Below are positions 10,096 through 19,595 of a stretch of DNA of 64,000 bases, piece after piece. Position numbers and translations under genes: made by a program. The DNA lies in contig OZ253580.1 of assembly GCA_965263035.1 (NCBI GenBank), forward strand, positions 3,584,001-3,648,000. Reading direction: 5' to 3'. Origin of the DNA: Acidobacteriota bacterium (GTDB taxonomy: Bacteria; Acidobacteriota; UBA6911; RPQK01; JAJDTT01). Every line of letters starts with the position of its first letter. Within the stretch, counting starts at the first letter, position 1. Under the pieces are notes generated by a model that was given only the letters and a program-made list of their open reading frames with translations, was not told the DNA's origin and searched no databases.

Positions 10096-10206
10096 CGTCG
10101 GATCTCCGTCAGGTCAATTGTGAATTCATTTCTCGCACGGCGGCTGCGGGCCGGCTGAACTTCCATCCCGCTCTCAGGGGAACGGCGGCAACCCCAGGAT
10201 CCGCTC

Positions 10207-10998
10207 GGCGGAGACTCGCTACAGGGAAGATATCACCTGCTGCGCCTGCACCCATTGTCAGTCGCCGAACTGGGCCTCGAGTCTGCGCATGACTTCGCAC
10301 AATTGTTGAAGCTGGGCGGATTTCCCGAACCGTTCTTTTCGGGTTCCGAGGTTCAGGCGCGGCGCTGGTCGCGCGGATATCGGAATCTGCTAATTCGCGA
10401 AGAGATCAGGGAACTGGAACGGATCCAGGATCTGGGAAACCTGGAGTTGCTGGTAATGGGCCTGCCGGAGCTGGTCGGATCATTGCTGTCACTCAACGCG
10501 CTCCGGGAAGATCTGCAGGTGAGCCACAAGGCGATCAGCAATTGGGTGGCCGCATTGGAACGACTCTACGCACTGTTTCGAATCTCCCCGTTCGGCAGCC
10601 CCAAGATCAGGGCGATCAAGAAGGCGCAGAAGCACTATCATTTCGATTGGTCGCTGGTTCCCCAGCGCGGTCCGCGGCTCGAAAACCTGATCGCCGGGCA
10701 TCTGTTGAAGTGGGTCCACTATCGGCAGGACGCCGAGGGGCTTGATCTCGACCTCCAGTTCTTCCGCGATACAGATGGACGCGAGGTGGACTTCGTTGTC
10801 ACCGACCGCAGGCAGCCTGTATTGGCGGTCGAATGCAAGTGGTCCCAGTCGAGGCCGGACCGGAGCCTTCGCTACTGGAAAAAACGGTTCCCGGAATGCG
10901 AGAGCTGGATGGTGACAGCCCGCGAGGGGCGGGAATTCGTAACGGCGGACGGGATTCGAGTGTGCCATGCACTCAGGTTTCTCAGTCGTCTCATCTGA
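10207..10998 (+). pseudogene. 5'-truncated AAA+ ATPase with DUF4143 C-terminal domain
   Basis: Frame reads GGDSLQGRYHLLRLHPLS...GGFPEPF...K.YHFDW...ENLIA...FFRDTDGREVDFVV...VECK; no Walker A/B region and an in-frame stop lies shortly upstream. Confidence 0.8.
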
Positions 10999-11326
10999 TC
11001 GGCGAGTTTGGGGAGGGGGATTGAAAGGCGCCGGCCAAGTGCCGGGATTCAGAGGAATTCGCAGGCAAGATAGATGATGGCCAAGACCGCGCCCTGAATC
11101 CATATGGCCCGGACAAAATCGCGCCTGAACTTGACTATGTCTGCGCGGAGCGCCTGAAATCCAGTGGATTCAAGGTTCTGCTTGACGGTGTCTGAATCGA
11201 ATGCAGGACTCATCGGCGCCTCTCTGGGATCTTCGCTGAACTGTCCTCCGACTTCAACACCCTCAACCGGAGTTCGCCCAAAAGGTGAGGCGGATTCTCC
11301 TCAGGGGGTCGACAATGGGAGGTTGA

Positions 11327-11357
11327 CAGTCCGTGGTAAGAGTCCCACGTAGCACCG
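11327..11357 (-). mobile_element. Terminal fragment of MITE family B
   Basis: CAGTCCGTGGTAAGAGTCCCACGTAGCACCG approximates the reverse complement of the right end of 45409-45569; preceded by TTGA. Confidence 0.7.
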
Positions 11358-11404
11358 AAAGGGGCGGTGCCCGCAGCGTCGGCCGCTACGATTTTCGTCG
11401 CATC

Positions 11405-12667
11405 TCAACTCCGACAGAATTGAGACTTTCTCGGTGCCTGGTAGCTCACCGACAAGTGGGGTGTCTCAAGGGTCTTCCCGCCTTGGGCGAGTGACCGTAC
11501 CCCGGCCTCGACCAAACCGGTGGTCAGCAGGGTCCGTTCCGCCGGATAGGGGGCTGCCCCGGTCAGAACCATCTCCTCCACCTTGGACATCAGGGCTGCG
11601 AAATGAACCACGTTGGGCACCGGCGACAGGTAGAACAGTGTGGAGAGAGGCTCTGAGCGATCCTTGAGGCGCGCGGCAAATGTGAAGTCTTCAACCAGGC
11701 CGTTCAGTAGGAGCATCGTCCCCTTCAATCCATCGTTGTATTGGAACCGGTATGCGACCGGTTCTTTCACCCACTGCCGGATCTGCTCCGGAGTGGGGTA
11801 TCGGTGATTCATGTTTTCCGGCTGAGTAAGCTTGTGGCTTCGGCAGAGGCACGAACGGAACAGTTGCGGGTCCCAGCCCCCGCGGTCGAAGGAACCTTTT
11901 CCCATGGCATTCCAGACCGGATCGCCCCGTAACGCCTGGAGCCAGGCGACTCCGGTTTCCCCTCCCCGGCGGCGCTCGGCCATGCACTGAATCGTCTCCA
12001 GGGCGTGGATGTCGTAGCTGTCCACGCCGCCCGAGGCCACGCACATCACTTCCTCGACCTCGGCGCCATAGGGCATGTCGATGTCCGGCATTCTCCAGGT
12101 GACGGGCAAAGATGAGCCGGCCAGAAACGGAAACCCCATGGATCGGGCCGTGTCGACCATCTCCTTGGCCCAATCCCATCTCCAGGAAAGATGTTTGTCA
12201 TTGAAGACGGGCACCGTACGCCCATCCTGCTTGAAGACTTCGACGACCTCCTTGAAGAACTCGTAGCGGGGGTAGAGCTTCTGGCCCAGATCGTTGACCG
12301 GGTATCGACCGTGTTCGCCGATCACGAGGACCACGTCGACGGCCAATTTGTCCCCGCCGCAGCGAAGCGTCTCGGCGATTGTGGGATAGATGGGAAACCC
12401 GAACTCTCGTGCGCGGTCGCGGCTCAGGTCATTCTCCGGTTTCTGGTCGACGTAGGCTGATACGAGCCTGATGGGGGACTGGTGCCAACGCCCCTCCACG
12501 GGATAACCTGCAAGAAACCGTTGACCCGTGTGCCAGGCATGAGAATAGAGACGCCATTCGGTGGCCACCACGGCCAGCCGCTTCGGTTTTGCGTGGCCTT
12601 TTCCAAGGAGAGGAGCGGTCGCCAAGCTGCCCCCGAGGGCGCCGATGAAGGTGCGTCGGTGGATCAT
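11405..12667 (-). CDS. Tat-exported Gfo/Idh/MocA-like oxidoreductase, copy 2
   Basis: Same length (420 aa), ungapped alignment and roughly 80-85% identity by eye to 8833-10095. Confidence 0.75.
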   Translation of the reverse strand: MIHRRTFIGALGGSLATAPLLGKGHAKPKRLAVVATEWRLYSHAWHTGQRFLAGYPVEGRWHQSPIRLVSAYVDQKPENDLSRDRAREFGFPIYPTIAETLRCGGDKLAVDVVLVIGEHGRYPVNDLGQKLYPRYEFFKEVVEVFKQDGRTVPVFNDKHLSWRWDWAKEMVDTARSMGFPFLAGSSLPVTWRMPDIDMPYGAEVEEVMCVASGGVDSYDIHALETIQCMAERRRGGETGVAWLQALRGDPVWNAMGKGSFDRGGWDPQLFRSCLCRSHKLTQPENMNHRYPTPEQIRQWVKEPVAYRFQYNDGLKGTMLLLNGLVEDFTFAARLKDRSEPLSTLFYLSPVPNVVHFAALMSKVEEMVLTGAAPYPAERTLLTTGLVEAGVRSLAQGGKTLETPHLSVSYQAPRKSQFCRS

Positions 12668-12742
12668 CAGAGATCTCCTTCAGTTCAATCCTGATTCGTT
12701 CCTTGAGCGGCGTGGCCCAAGTGTGGCCCGAAGGCCGGTCTG

Positions 12743-13060
12743 TCAGAAGAGTTTGGAAGCGAGGATAATGCCGGCCAGTCCGGCCCCTTGTACCCATAGA
12801 GCCCGGTAGATTTCGCCCCTGAGCTTGCCCATATCGGCGCGCAAGTTCGCTTCCACGGCAGACAGCTCGGAACGCAACCCCGCCGTATTGGCCTCCAGGT
12901 CGGAGCGCAACGCTGCCAAATTCGTGTCGAGGTCCTGTTTCGTGGCGGCGGTGTCCCGACTCTCCTGAATGGCGACAACGATCGCCTCGGCCTGTTTGGT
13001 TGCAATTCCAGCGGCTTCGAGCCTGCGGGCGGTGGCCAAGGAGTCGAATGGGGCGCTCAT
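12743..13060 (-). CDS. DUF1640/CCDC90-like coiled-coil protein with C-terminal membrane anchor
   Basis: FDSLATARRLEAAGIATKQAEAIV...ATKQDL, heptad coiled coil, hydrophobic C-terminus LWVQGAGLAGIILASKLF. Confidence 0.8.
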   Translation of the reverse strand: MSAPFDSLATARRLEAAGIATKQAEAIVVAIQESRDTAATKQDLDTNLAALRSDLEANTAGLRSELSAVEANLRADMGKLRGEIYRALWVQGAGLAGIILASKLF

Positions 13061-13446
13061 CCGTGTATCTCCCAAATCATGGCTGAATGGATGATTGACT
13101 TCAATATACATAACGAGTCCGGTGGTGTTTCCATGGACGACAATCCAAGGTCTCGTGCAGGTAAGCGAGACTGTGCAATGCCCGGGAGGATCCGGCTCGC
13201 CCGAAACGAGTGTGCCGACTCGGTCTGATTCCGGCGCCGCTCCCGCAGGTACCGGGCCATTCCCGGGTTGTGGACTCGATACCCTCGACCCTCTACCATT
13301 ACTGCCCGTGCCAGGAGTCCACGTGGCATCCGGCCCGCGCTGAAACGCGCTCGAAAGGGGGGAGGATCGACCGCAAGATTCGCCGCCGGGTCTGCCCCGT
13401 CGAGGGACTTTGGCCGCTGATCGATATCGCCGACAAGGAGAACTTC

Positions 13447-16400
13447 ATGCCAGGAAATTCGTGGACCGAGGAGTCGTTTTCGGGCCTCAGGTGGCGTCTG
13501 GCGGGACCGTTTCGCGGGGGGCGGGTGGTGGCGGTGGCCGGTCATCCCACCGACCCCATGGTCTTCTACTTCGGCGCCGTGGCGGGCGGTGTCTGGAAGA
13601 CGGAAGACGGCGGCACCTATTGGGAGAACATCTCCGACGGCTTCTTCAACACCTCGTCCATCGGCGCCCTGGCCATCTCCCCGTCCGATCCCAACGTGAT
13701 CTACGCCGGAACGGGAGAAACCACCATCCGCACCGACGTCTCCTACGGCGACGGAGTGTACGGCTCCACCGACGGAGGAAAGACCTGGGCGCACCTGGGA
13801 CTCGAGGAGACTCGTCACATCGGAGAGATCCGAATCCATCCCCAGGACCCGGATCTGGTCTATGTCGCCGCCTTGGGCCATGCCTTCGGTCCCAATCCTG
13901 AGCGAGGCGTCTATCGCAGCCGGGACGGAGGCGCCAATTGGGAGCACGTGCTGTTTCACAGTCCCCATGCCGGGGCCGTGGATCTGGCTATGGACCCGAC
14001 CAATCCCAGGATCCTCTTCGCCAGCGTCTGGCAGGCCCACCGCCACTTCTGGGAACTCTCCAGCGGCGGTCCCCACAGCACCCTCTACCGGTCCACCGAC
14101 GGCGGGGATACGTGGACCGACATCGGCCGAAACCAGGGACTGCCGAAGGGCATTCTGGGAAAAATGGGGATCACCGTCAGCCCGCCTCGACCCCGGCGGG
14201 TGTGGGCCGTCATCGAGGCCGAGAAGGGCGGCGTCTACCGCTCCGACGACGGCGGGGAGACCTGGGAGCGGCTGAACAGCTCTCGGGACCTGTTGAACCG
14301 TCCCTGGTACTACTGCCACATCTTCGCGGACCCGCAGGATCCGGAGACGGTCTGGGTCACGAACCTCAGCACCTGGAAGTCGACCGACGGAGGACGCAAC
14401 TTCTCCCGGATTTCCACGCCCCACGGGGACGACCACGACATGTGGTTCGATCCCGCCGATTCTCAGCGCATGATCCAGGGAAACGATGGGGGCGCCTGCG
14501 TCAGTTTCAACGGCGGGGAGACCTGGTCCACCATCTACAACCAGCCCACGGCCCAGATCTACCGTATCGATCTGGACAACCGGTTCCCCTACCGGATCTA
14601 CGGGACCCAGCAGGACAACTCCAGCATCGCGGTTCCCAGCGCCACCGAATACGGCGCCATTCCATGGGGAATGTGTTATGCAGCCGGCACGGGAGAAAGT
14701 GGATACATCGCGGTGCATCCGGAGGATCCCGATATCGTCTATGTGGGTGCCGTGGGCAGTTCCCCCGGCGGGGGAGCGCCGTTGCAGCGCTACGATCGGA
14801 AGACGCGCCAGATCCGCTTGGTGACGGTCTGGCCCGATGTGGCTTCCGGCCGGCCTCCGGCGGATCTGAAATACCGGTTCAACTGGACTTTCCCCATCCT
14901 GTTCTCTCCCCACGATCCCGGTCTGCTCTATGCCGCCGGCAATCGGGTCTTCTGCAGCCGGGACGAGGGAAGCAGTTGGCAGCTCATGAGCCCCGACTTG
15001 AGCCGGCGGGACCGGTCCAAGCTGGCCGCTTCCGGCGGTCCCGTCACCAAGGACGTCAGCGGCGCCGAGGTCTACGCCAACGTCTCCACCCTGGTCGAGT
15101 CTCCACTCAACCCGGGACTGCTCTGGGCCGGGACCGACGACGGCCTGGTCCATATCACTCGGAACGGCGGCGAGAGCTGGAGGGAGATCACCCCGCCCGA
15201 CGTTCCCGAGTGGTCCCTCATCTCCAGAGTGTCCGCGTCACCTCATGATCCGGCCACCGCCTACGTAGCCGCGACCCGCTACAAACTGGACGACTACGAT
15301 CCCTACCTCTACGTGACCCGGGACTACGGTGAGACCTGGGAGGATCTGGGCCGAGACTTGCCGAGGGGAGAGATCACGCGGGTGATCCGGGAGGACCCGG
15401 TTCGGAAGGGTCTGCTCTACGTCGGAACCGAGACCGCTGTTTTCGTCTCCCTGGATGAGGGGGAGTCCTGGTTCCGCCTTCGGAACAACCTGCCGGTGAC
15501 TCCAATCTACGATCTGGCGGTCAAGGACGGGGATCTGGTGGCAGCCACTCACGGGCGATCCATCTGGATCCTGGATGACGTGACGCCCCTGCGGCAGGCG
15601 GCCGCCGGTGAGAGGGAAGGACCGGCGGTTCTTTTTCCACCGCGGCCGACGATACGGATGTGGCTCCAGTGGGGGGCCGCCGGGGGCGACCGGCCGGGCA
15701 AGAACTACATGTTGGAACTGGGTAGGGAAGGCACCTATCGCCAGGATCCCACCGAGGAGAACGAACCCCGTCTTCAAGGTCTGGACGTGGGGGAGAATCC
15801 GCCACGGGGCGTCATCGTCTACTACTACCTGGGCGAGGTTCCGTCCCAGGATCTGTGCCTGGCCTTCCTGGACCGGGAGGGAAACGAGATCAGGAGCTTC
15901 AGCCGTAAGAAGGACGAAGCGGATGATCCGGCCAAGGACGGCACCGACGATTCTTCCAGGAAAGAGCGGTACCTGACGGCCCATGCCGGGGTCAACCGTT
16001 TCGTCTGGGATCTGTGCTATCCGGAGGCGGAGAAGTTCGCCGGTGACGTGACCACCAAGGGTTCCGATACGTCGCCTCTGGCGCCGCCGGGAGACTACCG
16101 GGCCGTCTTGAAGCTGGGGGACCGGAGTTGGGCGCAGGATTTCCGGCTCACCAAGGATCCCAGGTCGCCCGCCACGCAGGAGGACCTGGAGGCGCAGTTC
16201 CAGGCCTTGGTCCGGATCCGGGACAAGGTGACCGAAACCCACCGTGGGCTCGATCGGATCGCTCGGATTCGGGAACAGGTGAAACGGTGGGTCAAACGGC
16301 TCCAGGAGGCCGGACGGGAAGAGGCGGCTCGGGAGGCTTCGAGCCAGGCGGATGAACTGGACCGGAGGCTGGATGGGCTCGAAGGCCGCTTGGTGACCTT

Positions 16401-16641
16401 CGAGGCCGAGGGAGACTTCGACTGGATTCGGATTCCGGCGGGTCTCAACTACCGGCTCATCTCCTTGATGAGCGTCGTCTCCTCCGCCGATGCGGCTCCG
16501 ACGCAACAGGCCCTGGACGTCTTCGAGGACCTCTCCGCCCAAGTGGATGAATCCTTGCGAGAATTGGACACGCTGGTGGATCGCGAGGTGGCCGCTTTCA
16601 ATCGTCTGGTGGCGGAAACCGGAATTCCGCCCGTGGGGTGA
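13447..16641 (+). CDS. Sortilin/VPS10-like BNR-repeat glycosyl hydrolase-like protein
   Basis: WRLAGPFRGGRVVAVAG, repeated S.DGG.TW Asp-boxes, RPWYY, HGDDH, GTQQDN, YRFNW, ATHGRSIWILDD; AAGGAG RBS before ATG 13447. Confidence 0.9.
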   Translation: MPGNSWTEESFSGLRWRLAGPFRGGRVVAVAGHPTDPMVFYFGAVAGGVWKTEDGGTYWENISDGFFNTSSIGALAISPSDPNVIYAGTGETTIRTDVSYGDGVYGSTDGGKTWAHLGLEETRHIGEIRIHPQDPDLVYVAALGHAFGPNPERGVYRSRDGGANWEHVLFHSPHAGAVDLAMDPTNPRILFASVWQAHRHFWELSSGGPHSTLYRSTDGGDTWTDIGRNQGLPKGILGKMGITVSPPRPRRVWAVIEAEKGGVYRSDDGGETWERLNSSRDLLNRPWYYCHIFADPQDPETVWVTNLSTWKSTDGGRNFSRISTPHGDDHDMWFDPADSQRMIQGNDGGACVSFNGGETWSTIYNQPTAQIYRIDLDNRFPYRIYGTQQDNSSIAVPSATEYGAIPWGMCYAAGTGESGYIAVHPEDPDIVYVGAVGSSPGGGAPLQRYDRKTRQIRLVTVWPDVASGRPPADLKYRFNWTFPILFSPHDPGLLYAAGNRVFCSRDEGSSWQLMSPDLSRRDRSKLAASGGPVTKDVSGAEVYANVSTLVESPLNPGLLWAGTDDGLVHITRNGGESWREITPPDVPEWSLISRVSASPHDPATAYVAATRYKLDDYDPYLYVTRDYGETWEDLGRDLPRGEITRVIREDPVRKGLLYVGTETAVFVSLDEGESWFRLRNNLPVTPIYDLAVKDGDLVAATHGRSIWILDDVTPLRQAAAGEREGPAVLFPPRPTIRMWLQWGAAGGDRPGKNYMLELGREGTYRQDPTEENEPRLQGLDVGENPPRGVIVYYYLGEVPSQDLCLAFLDREGNEIRSFSRKKDEADDPAKDGTDDSSRKERYLTAHAGVNRFVWDLCYPEAEKFAGDVTTKGSDTSPLAPPGDYRAVLKLGDRSWAQDFRLTKDPRSPATQEDLEAQFQALVRIRDKVTETHRGLDRIARIREQVKRWVKRLQEAGREEAAREASSQADELDRRLDGLEGRLVTFEAEGDFDWIRIPAGLNYRLISLMSVVSSADAAPTQQALDVFEDLSAQVDESLRELDTLVDREVAAFNRLVAETGIPPVG

Positions 16642-16677
16642 CTTCCGGGTCGCCGGGATCGCCGGCCGGGCCAGCCG

Positions 16678-18987
16678 TCATTCTCTCTTTTCCGGCCAGT
16701 CGAGATGCTTGTGCAGGAAGGAGAAGGTGCCCTTGCCGTTGATGGTATGGGGTCCCACGAACCACTCGATCTCGACCCGGTCGGCCAGACCCAGACGGGC
16801 GGCGTACAGGCGGCGCACCTTGGCGAACTCATAGCCCACCATCTCATCGGGAGCCACGCCGTCGAAGTGCCCCCGCTCCACCATGAAAGGCCGGGGAGCG
16901 ATCAGGGCCGCCATCTCGGCGTAGTTGAAGGTGCTGCCCAGATCGAACTCGAAGATTTCATACTCACCGTGGAAGACATAGCTGTATCTGGCTCGGGAAG
17001 AGGCGTTCTTCCAGACCCACTCGTTGAAGTCGGCCGAGCAGATGGACAGGGCATAGTCCGTCAACAGGGCGGGAACCCGCATGGCCGTCTTTCCCCCGTA
17101 GCTGAGGCCGTAAAAGCCGATCCGGCCGGGGTCCACCCAGGGGAGGGTCTTGAGCCAATCCAGGATCTGCTGGTGTTGGGCCGCGATGATGGAGAAGAGG
17201 GACTTCTTGAGGGGGTTGGCCTTCCGTTGCAGGGTGCGGAAGCGGTCCCGGAAGATGTAGAGATTCTGGGGGGCGAAGGTGATGAAGCCCCGTTCGGCCA
17301 GTTTGGCCGTGAAGTCGTGATAGGCCCTGTGATCGCCGCGGATGGTTTCCTGAGGCCGGCCTTCGAGGCCGTGTTGGCAGACCACCACGGGCCGCCGCTC
17401 GCCGGGGACCAGGTCCTTGGGCAGCAACAGGATCCCGTAGGCGATGACGTCGGGGTAGACCTCCATGACCACCTCGTGCCCGGTCCATTCGGGCGCGTCG
17501 TAGATCTGGCGGCTGCGAGGATTGGGAGGCAGACGTTCGTCGTGGAACCAGCCGATGACCTCCTCCCGGAAGATCCGGCGGTAGTCCTGGGTGCTCTTCC
17601 GATAGGCTTCCAGTGACGTGGTGTCCAGCTTTTCCATGAAGGTCTGACGGACGTACGGACTCTCGGAGAGCAGCCACTGGTTGTGGCGGTCCATTTCGCC
17701 GACCTGGCGCTCCATGCGGACCCCAGGATCGAAGGAGTCCAGAAGGAAACCGGGCGAAGGACCGGAGGGAGCCAGTTCGAGATCGTCGGAGAGGGACCGG
17801 ACCAGAGACCCCAGGGCAGGGTCGCTGCCCGGGGGTCCGGTGCCCTGAGAACCACTGGAGACCAGTTGGATCCGGGCTGCGGGTTTCAAGCCGGCCACGA
17901 GTTCCCGGGCCCTCTCGACCTCCTGGCGGACCGTTTCGAGCGGCGGCGTGACGAGAGTCGCCGGAGCCCCACCTTCTCCGGGGAGCTCCAACTCGGGGCC
18001 CCGGGCCGCTTCGACGACCAAGACTCGGGGCGAGATCATCGACGCCAGTTCCGCGTCGCCGAACTGCTCCAGCAGCCCGAATACATTGCGGTCGATGGGT
18101 TGTTTCCAAAGGTTCCGCCGGTCGCTGAAATACCCGCTGACCAGGGCGGCGTCGATTCGAGTGTCCAGAGCGGCCGCATAGAGAGCCAGCCCTGCTCCCT
18201 CGCCGTGTCCGGCGATTCCGATGCGCGGGTCTCCGCTTGCGGCGTCCTGCGCAAGCCAATCCACCAAGGCCAGAATCTTCTGGATCTCGTAGCCCAGCAA
18301 GTGACGGCCCAGTTCGAAGGCGGACCGGTAGATGAACTCCCGATGCGTCAAGATGGCCCGTCCAATCCGCTTTTTCAATTTCCGGCTGATGAGGGCCGGG
18401 ACCACCACCCGGCAGCCGCTCTCGGCCAAGCGGCGCGCGAACTGCGATGCGGGGGGGACTCCCGGGACCAGGCCGGCGATCTGCTCCGGGCTCTGGTCCG
18501 CGTCCGGGACGGCGATGACGTCGGCGGTCGGCCGGCCCTGCCGGGGAACCAGGAGCAGCCCTTCTCCATGCATCTGACCGATGGAAGGCCAGCGGATGGA
18601 CAGCACGTCATAGGAGTCGGTCCCGCCGATGCGCGCCTGTTGCCGGATGGTTGCCATCAGCTCCGGACTCGAAAAGGGGACTCGAGGATCCCGGACTCCC
18701 AGGATATGGGCCAGCCTCTTGCGGTTCGGTTCCAGGGAACGGCTGTAGTTCCCGGGGGATGAGAAGTCGCGGTTCCAGTGCCGAGCCCGGTCCCGGCGGG
18801 ATTCCTCCAGCTTGGCCAGGAGGAAACGGTCGGCGCCGGCTACCAGGTGGGATGCGATGTCTCCGGTCATCTCCAAGGGGAGAGTCCGGCGCGAAAGCTC
18901 TGCGGAAGCCTGCCCCAGGGCCGTCTGGCCGTCTGTCCAAGGCGCCAGCAGAACTCCTGTCAGAATCAGGAGGGAGGAAAATCTCAC
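16678..18987 (-). CDS. Exported tandem alpha/beta-hydrolase (dienelactone hydrolase/esterase-like)
   Basis: C-terminal domain with VVCQHG, GLSYGG nucleophile elbow, LIAPRPFMVERG, GPH; degenerate N-terminal hydrolase domain; start uncertain (GTG 18987 precedes a signal peptide). Confidence 0.8.
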   Translation of the reverse strand: MRFSSLLILTGVLLAPWTDGQTALGQASAELSRRTLPLEMTGDIASHLVAGADRFLLAKLEESRRDRARHWNRDFSSPGNYSRSLEPNRKRLAHILGVRDPRVPFSSPELMATIRQQARIGGTDSYDVLSIRWPSIGQMHGEGLLLVPRQGRPTADVIAVPDADQSPEQIAGLVPGVPPASQFARRLAESGCRVVVPALISRKLKKRIGRAILTHREFIYRSAFELGRHLLGYEIQKILALVDWLAQDAASGDPRIGIAGHGEGAGLALYAAALDTRIDAALVSGYFSDRRNLWKQPIDRNVFGLLEQFGDAELASMISPRVLVVEAARGPELELPGEGGAPATLVTPPLETVRQEVERARELVAGLKPAARIQLVSSGSQGTGPPGSDPALGSLVRSLSDDLELAPSGPSPGFLLDSFDPGVRMERQVGEMDRHNQWLLSESPYVRQTFMEKLDTTSLEAYRKSTQDYRRIFREEVIGWFHDERLPPNPRSRQIYDAPEWTGHEVVMEVYPDVIAYGILLLPKDLVPGERRPVVVCQHGLEGRPQETIRGDHRAYHDFTAKLAERGFITFAPQNLYIFRDRFRTLQRKANPLKKSLFSIIAAQHQQILDWLKTLPWVDPGRIGFYGLSYGGKTAMRVPALLTDYALSICSADFNEWVWKNASSRARYSYVFHGEYEIFEFDLGSTFNYAEMAALIAPRPFMVERGHFDGVAPDEMVGYEFAKVRRLYAARLGLADRVEIEWFVGPHTINGKGTFSFLHKHLDWPEKRE

Positions 18988-19040
18988 TTTCTGGACCCTA
19001 CTGAAGTGCCCGACGCTTTGCAATTCCTGGCGACTGCCGG

Positions 19041-19397
19041 TCACGGCCAGATGGGATAGCCTCGGAGTTGGGTCGAGACCCAGGCCGCGGCGGCGCCGAG
19101 CGACAGGTAACCGGCCACTCCGGCCAGCAGTCCAGCCCAGAGGCTGAAGCGTAGCCGGAGCCCCCACCAGGCGCCGGCGACAGCTCCGCCGGTCATCACT
19201 GCAAAGGGGACGTAGAAACCCAACTTCCCCTGGCTGCACCAGGGGCACCAGGGTCCCTGGAGATTGTGCACGTTGCAGTAGGCCATTCCATCGAAGAGGG
19301 TGCACCCGCACCCGAAGAGAAGACCGCAATAGGCGGTGACGGTGGCCGCCTCCAGGACCAGGAGGATCCCGGAGCAGATCAATAGCCGTGCCTGCAT
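19041..19397 (-). CDS. Small Cys-rich membrane protein
   Basis: 118 aa; YCGLLFGCGC...CNVH...CPWC flanked by TM helices. Confidence 0.65.
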   Translation of the reverse strand: MQARLLICSGILLVLEAATVTAYCGLLFGCGCTLFDGMAYCNVHNLQGPWCPWCSQGKLGFYVPFAVMTGGAVAGAWWGLRLRFSLWAGLLAGVAGYLSLGAAAAWVSTQLRGYPIWP

Positions 19398-19595
19398 TTC
19401 CGCAACCCAGTCTACACTGCCGCTCCCATCCCGGCTGCGGTCGAACACCGCAACGAGCCTCGCCAGGGGGATCGGCGATAATGTTTCGGCTGGCCGGAGC
19501 GCAGCGCCGCCGGGGGCTATAGTCGTTTGAACTGCCTCCAGCCCAGCGCATAGTATGGAAGCGTTTTTGACTTGCGGAACGAGAGGATCAGGTCC

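Noticed and set aside
13130-13300. Minus-strand MARYLRERRRNQTES resembling a DUF559 endonuclease start
   Set aside because: Similarity is limited to a few residues and no downstream nuclease motifs follow.
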